Positions 29,289 to 32,000 of a DNA stretch of 32,000 bases are shown here, piece after piece. Positions within the stretch are counted from its first letter, which is position 1; each line of letters starts with the position of its first letter. The notes below the pieces were generated by a model. That model was not told the origin of the DNA and did no database searches. It saw nothing but the letters and a program-made list of their open reading frames with translations. The position numbers and the translations under genes were made by a program. This stretch comes from Trichodesmium erythraeum IMS101. Lineage in GTDB: Bacteria; Cyanobacteriota; Cyanobacteriia; Cyanobacteriales; Microcoleaceae. Location of the stretch: the NCBI RefSeq assembly GCF_000014265.1, contig NC_008312.1:2310001-2342000 (forward strand), read 5' to 3'.

Positions 29289-29806
29289 ATTTGAGGTAAA
29301 TATTCAGTCTTTAAAACTCAGGAATTTAGAAATTAATAATAAATAATTACTGGTAAAGTTAAGGGTTCATAATTGGTGAATTAATTTTTATTCTATCTCA
29401 AATTTTCCATTACCTTTAAGTTTTTTTATGAGGAGACTAAATGTGTTTTTTATTGTTAGTACATAGGGAAATTTGAGTTATAAAATGATCTAATATTTCC
29501 CATAGTTCTATTAGTTATCTGTTTTGCTATATCAAGTCAAAAGTTTGCCAGTTAATGGGAGACTTCCACGCACCTAAAAAAACTAAATTGTCTTATTATT
29601 TATATTATATAGAACCCATTTGATATATTTTTTAAGCTAAATAGGCTTGCTGAATTAGCTAGTATATCAAAGAACTTCGAGGCTTTTTTATAGCCAAGTG
29701 GGAACTATATTATAACAATAATGATTCAACCAAAAAACTGTTAGGTTGATGGTTAGGTAAGGAGGTTTTAAATGGTTTCTATAAAAACAGAATTTTTGCT
29801 CCCCAT

Positions 29807-29834
29807 TTCTGACGTCTGACTTTTGACTTGTAAC
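29807..29834. repeat. Heptanucleotide tandem repeat (STRR-like), 4 units
   Basis: TTCTGAC GTCTGAC TTTTGAC TTGTAAC, immediately 3' of the pnp stop (29841). Confidence 0.6.
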
Positions 29835-29840
29835 TATACT

Positions 29841-31994
29841 TTAATAATTCATTGCATTAGCACGAGCTGCGGCAGCTTCGTCAGGGTGAATATTCAAGCG
29901 AGTTAAATTCACTCGGCCCTTAGAATCTATTTCTCGTACTTTAACAATGACCTCATCTCCAATTGCTAGCTCATCTTCTACCTTGCCTACGCGATAATCT
30001 GCAATTTGGGATATATGAACCATTCCTTCTTTTCCAGCAAATACTTCTACAAAAGCACCAATAGGAATAATTCGAGTCACTCGACCAACATAAACATCTC
30101 CAGGATTGAGTTTCTTGGTCATCCCTTGAATAATATTGCAAGCTTGTTTAGCTTTTTCACCATCTGCTGCTGCAATAGTTACGGTTCCATCATCATCAAT
30201 ATCAATTTTAACACCGGTTTCCTCAGTAATACCTTTAATAGTTTTACCACCAGGTCCGATGACTAAACCGATCATTTCTGGGTCTATCTTGAAGCTTAAG
30301 AGTCTCGGTGCATAGGGCGACATATCGGGACGAGGTAGATCGAGAACACTTAGCATCTTGTCTAAAATATGTATCCGTGCTGGTTTAGCTTGATGAATAG
30401 CATCAGCAATGACCTCTATAGGCAAACCTGTAATTTTCATATCCATCTGTAAAGCTGTAATTCCACTATCGGTACCAGCAACTTTGAAGTCCATATCACC
30501 CAAAAAATCTTCTATACCCTGAATATCTGTCAGAATTCGGACTTCCTCATCTTCTTTGATTAAACCCATAGCTGCTCCACTCACGGGTTTAACAATAGGA
30601 ACTCCAGCATCCATTAAACCAAGAGTAGAAGCACAAACTGAACCCATAGAAGTTGAACCATTTGAAGAAAGGACTTCTGAAACGACTCGAATTACATAGG
30701 GAAAAATATCGCTTTTTGGTATGACAGGTATCAAAGCACGTTCTGCTAAAGCACCATGACCAATTTCTCTACGACCAGGCTGTCGCAATGGTTTGGTTTC
30801 TCCTACAGAAAAAGGAGGGAAGTTGTAATGGTGCAAATAACGTTTTTCGTCTTGGGGATGTAAATCATCCGCTAGTTCTTGAGCATCACCTGGTGTTCCC
30901 AAAGTAACAGCAGACATTACTTGAGTTAAACCTCGATTAAATAGAGAACTACCGTGGACTCGTGATGGCAGTACTCCTACCCGACAAGAAACAGGGCGTA
31001 CTTCATCTAACTTCCGACCATCAACCCGGATACCTTCAGCAACAATTTGTTGACGCATTAACTTTTTGGTGACGCTCTTAAAGGCATTCCCAAGCAACAT
31101 ACTTTCAGATTCAACCATTGCTCTTACTGCTTCTTCTTCAGGAAGTTCAGTGATGCTTTCTGCCAGAGAATCTTTAATTTCATCGAGTTTTTCGTCCCGC
31201 TGATTTTTATCTAAATCATATTGAGACAAAATCTCTTTAATCTGTTCTGTAGCTTTTTCCTTGATATAGTTTTCTAAGGTAGGGTCTACTTCCGGAGGTT
31301 CTAATTCTACAAGTTCAATACCCATTTCAGCAATAATTTCTCGTTGAGCTTGAATCAGGTCACAAACTGCTTCATAGCCAAAATCAATTGCCTCAATAAT
31401 ATCTTGTTCTGGCAATTGATTTGCCCCTGCTTCTACCATGATCACCCCCTGGGGAGACCCAGCGACCACTAAGTCTAAATCACCATTTTTGACTTCACGG
31501 TAAGTAGGATTAATGATAAAGTCATCCCCTACTAGCCCTACCCGTACTGCAGCCATTGGGCCATAAAAAGGTAATTTGGCCAGTAATACTGCTACTGAAC
31601 TACCTGTTACGGCTAACACATCTGGTGGTACTTCCTCATCCATGGACAATGTTGTGGCCACAATTTGAATATCATCCCGTAACCAACTAGGAAATAGGGG
31701 GCGTAGAGGTCTATCAATTAAACGACTTGTCAGTGTCACCTTTTCTGGAGGACGACCTTCCCGGCGCAAAAAACCACCGGGAATTTTTCCTCCAGCGTAG
31801 AGTCTTTCCTCATAGTCAACCAAAAGAGGTAGAAAATCTATTCCTTCTCTACCTTTAGCTGTAGTAGCTGTGACTAATACTGCTGTGTCTCCTGACTCTA
31901 TCATCACAGCACCACCAGCTTGAGGTGCAAATAAACCAACTTTGAGTCGAATATCCCGTCCGTCAAAGGATATGGATTTATCTATCTCTTCCAT
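29841..31994 (-). CDS. pnp: Polyribonucleotide nucleotidyltransferase (PNPase)
   Basis: 717 aa, full length. It has two RNase PH domains (...[35 protein letters not shown]..., ...[15 protein letters not shown]...), a KH domain ([20 protein letters not shown]) and an S1 domain ([32 protein letters not shown]). Confidence 0.97.
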   Translation of the reverse strand: MEEIDKSISFDGRDIRLKVGLFAPQAGGAVMIESGDTAVLVTATTAKGREGIDFLPLLVDYEERLYAGGKIPGGFLRREGRPPEKVTLTSRLIDRPLRPLFPSWLRDDIQIVATTLSMDEEVPPDVLAVTGSSVAVLLAKLPFYGPMAAVRVGLVGDDFIINPTYREVKNGDLDLVVAGSPQGVIMVEAGANQLPEQDIIEAIDFGYEAVCDLIQAQREIIAEMGIELVELEPPEVDPTLENYIKEKATEQIKEILSQYDLDKNQRDEKLDEIKDSLAESITELPEEEAVRAMVESESMLLGNAFKSVTKKLMRQQIVAEGIRVDGRKLDEVRPVSCRVGVLPSRVHGSSLFNRGLTQVMSAVTLGTPGDAQELADDLHPQDEKRYLHHYNFPPFSVGETKPLRQPGRREIGHGALAERALIPVIPKSDIFPYVIRVVSEVLSSNGSTSMGSVCASTLGLMDAGVPIVKPVSGAAMGLIKEDEEVRILTDIQGIEDFLGDMDFKVAGTDSGITALQMDMKITGLPIEVIADAIHQAKPARIHILDKMLSVLDLPRPDMSPYAPRLLSFKIDPEMIGLVIGPGGKTIKGITEETGVKIDIDDDGTVTIAAADGEKAKQACNIIQGMTKKLNPGDVYVGRVTRIIPIGAFVEVFAGKEGMVHISQIADYRVGKVEDELAIGDEVIVKVREIDSKGRVNLTRLNIHPDEAAAARANAMNY

Positions 31995-32000
31995 CCAGTT

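Noticed and set aside
29772-29819. 15-codon micro-ORF (MVSIKTEFLLPISDV) with a strong AAGGAGG N7 ATG context, convergent with pnp.
   Set aside because: It is too short to evaluate and its 3' half is simply the heptamer repeat. Nothing supports it beyond the RBS-like string, so it was left unreported as a feature.

Overview
A 32-kb window from an AT-rich cyanobacterial chromosome carrying the HIP1 palindrome GCGATCGC (e.g. 6987-6994, 7807-7814, 27470-27477). Three core genes are clear, all on the minus strand: chlL and chlN (light-independent protochlorophyllide reductase) and pnp at the right edge. A hyper-acidic tandem-repeat protein gene sits between chlL and chlN. The rest is envelope and polysaccharide accessory content. 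It comprises a WcaI-like GT4, a STAS-fused polyprenyl-phosphate sugar transferase, a ShlB/FhaC-type TpsB outer-membrane transporter, a transglutaminase-like protein, a 12-TM GT-C-like membrane protein, a long-form glucose-1-phosphate thymidylyltransferase, a GT2, a second GT4 and a TauE/SafE permease. The main pattern is low coding density and gene decay. By my tally only about 18.7 of 32 kb (~58%) lies in intact ORFs. Decay items are a sulfotransferase with two in-frame TAA stops and a frameshifted C5 DNA methyltransferase split by a dead IS1-family element that keeps perfect 25-bp inverted repeats and an 8-bp target duplication. Others are relics of a TPR/FGE-type protein and a cadherin-like exoprotein, a degenerate duplicate of a GT4 3' end, and a GT2 with no canonical start codon. 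I found no rRNA, tRNA or CRISPR array, and no convincing new multi-gene system. The best leads are the acidic-repeat gene inside the DPOR cluster, the STAS-glycosylphosphotransferase fusion, the orphan TpsB, and a GC-rich structured-RNA candidate (weakly yybP-ykoY-like) with no downstream gene. The low density, AT richness and HIP1 resemble Trichodesmium-like or eroding filamentous cyanobacterial genomes, but that is inference only.
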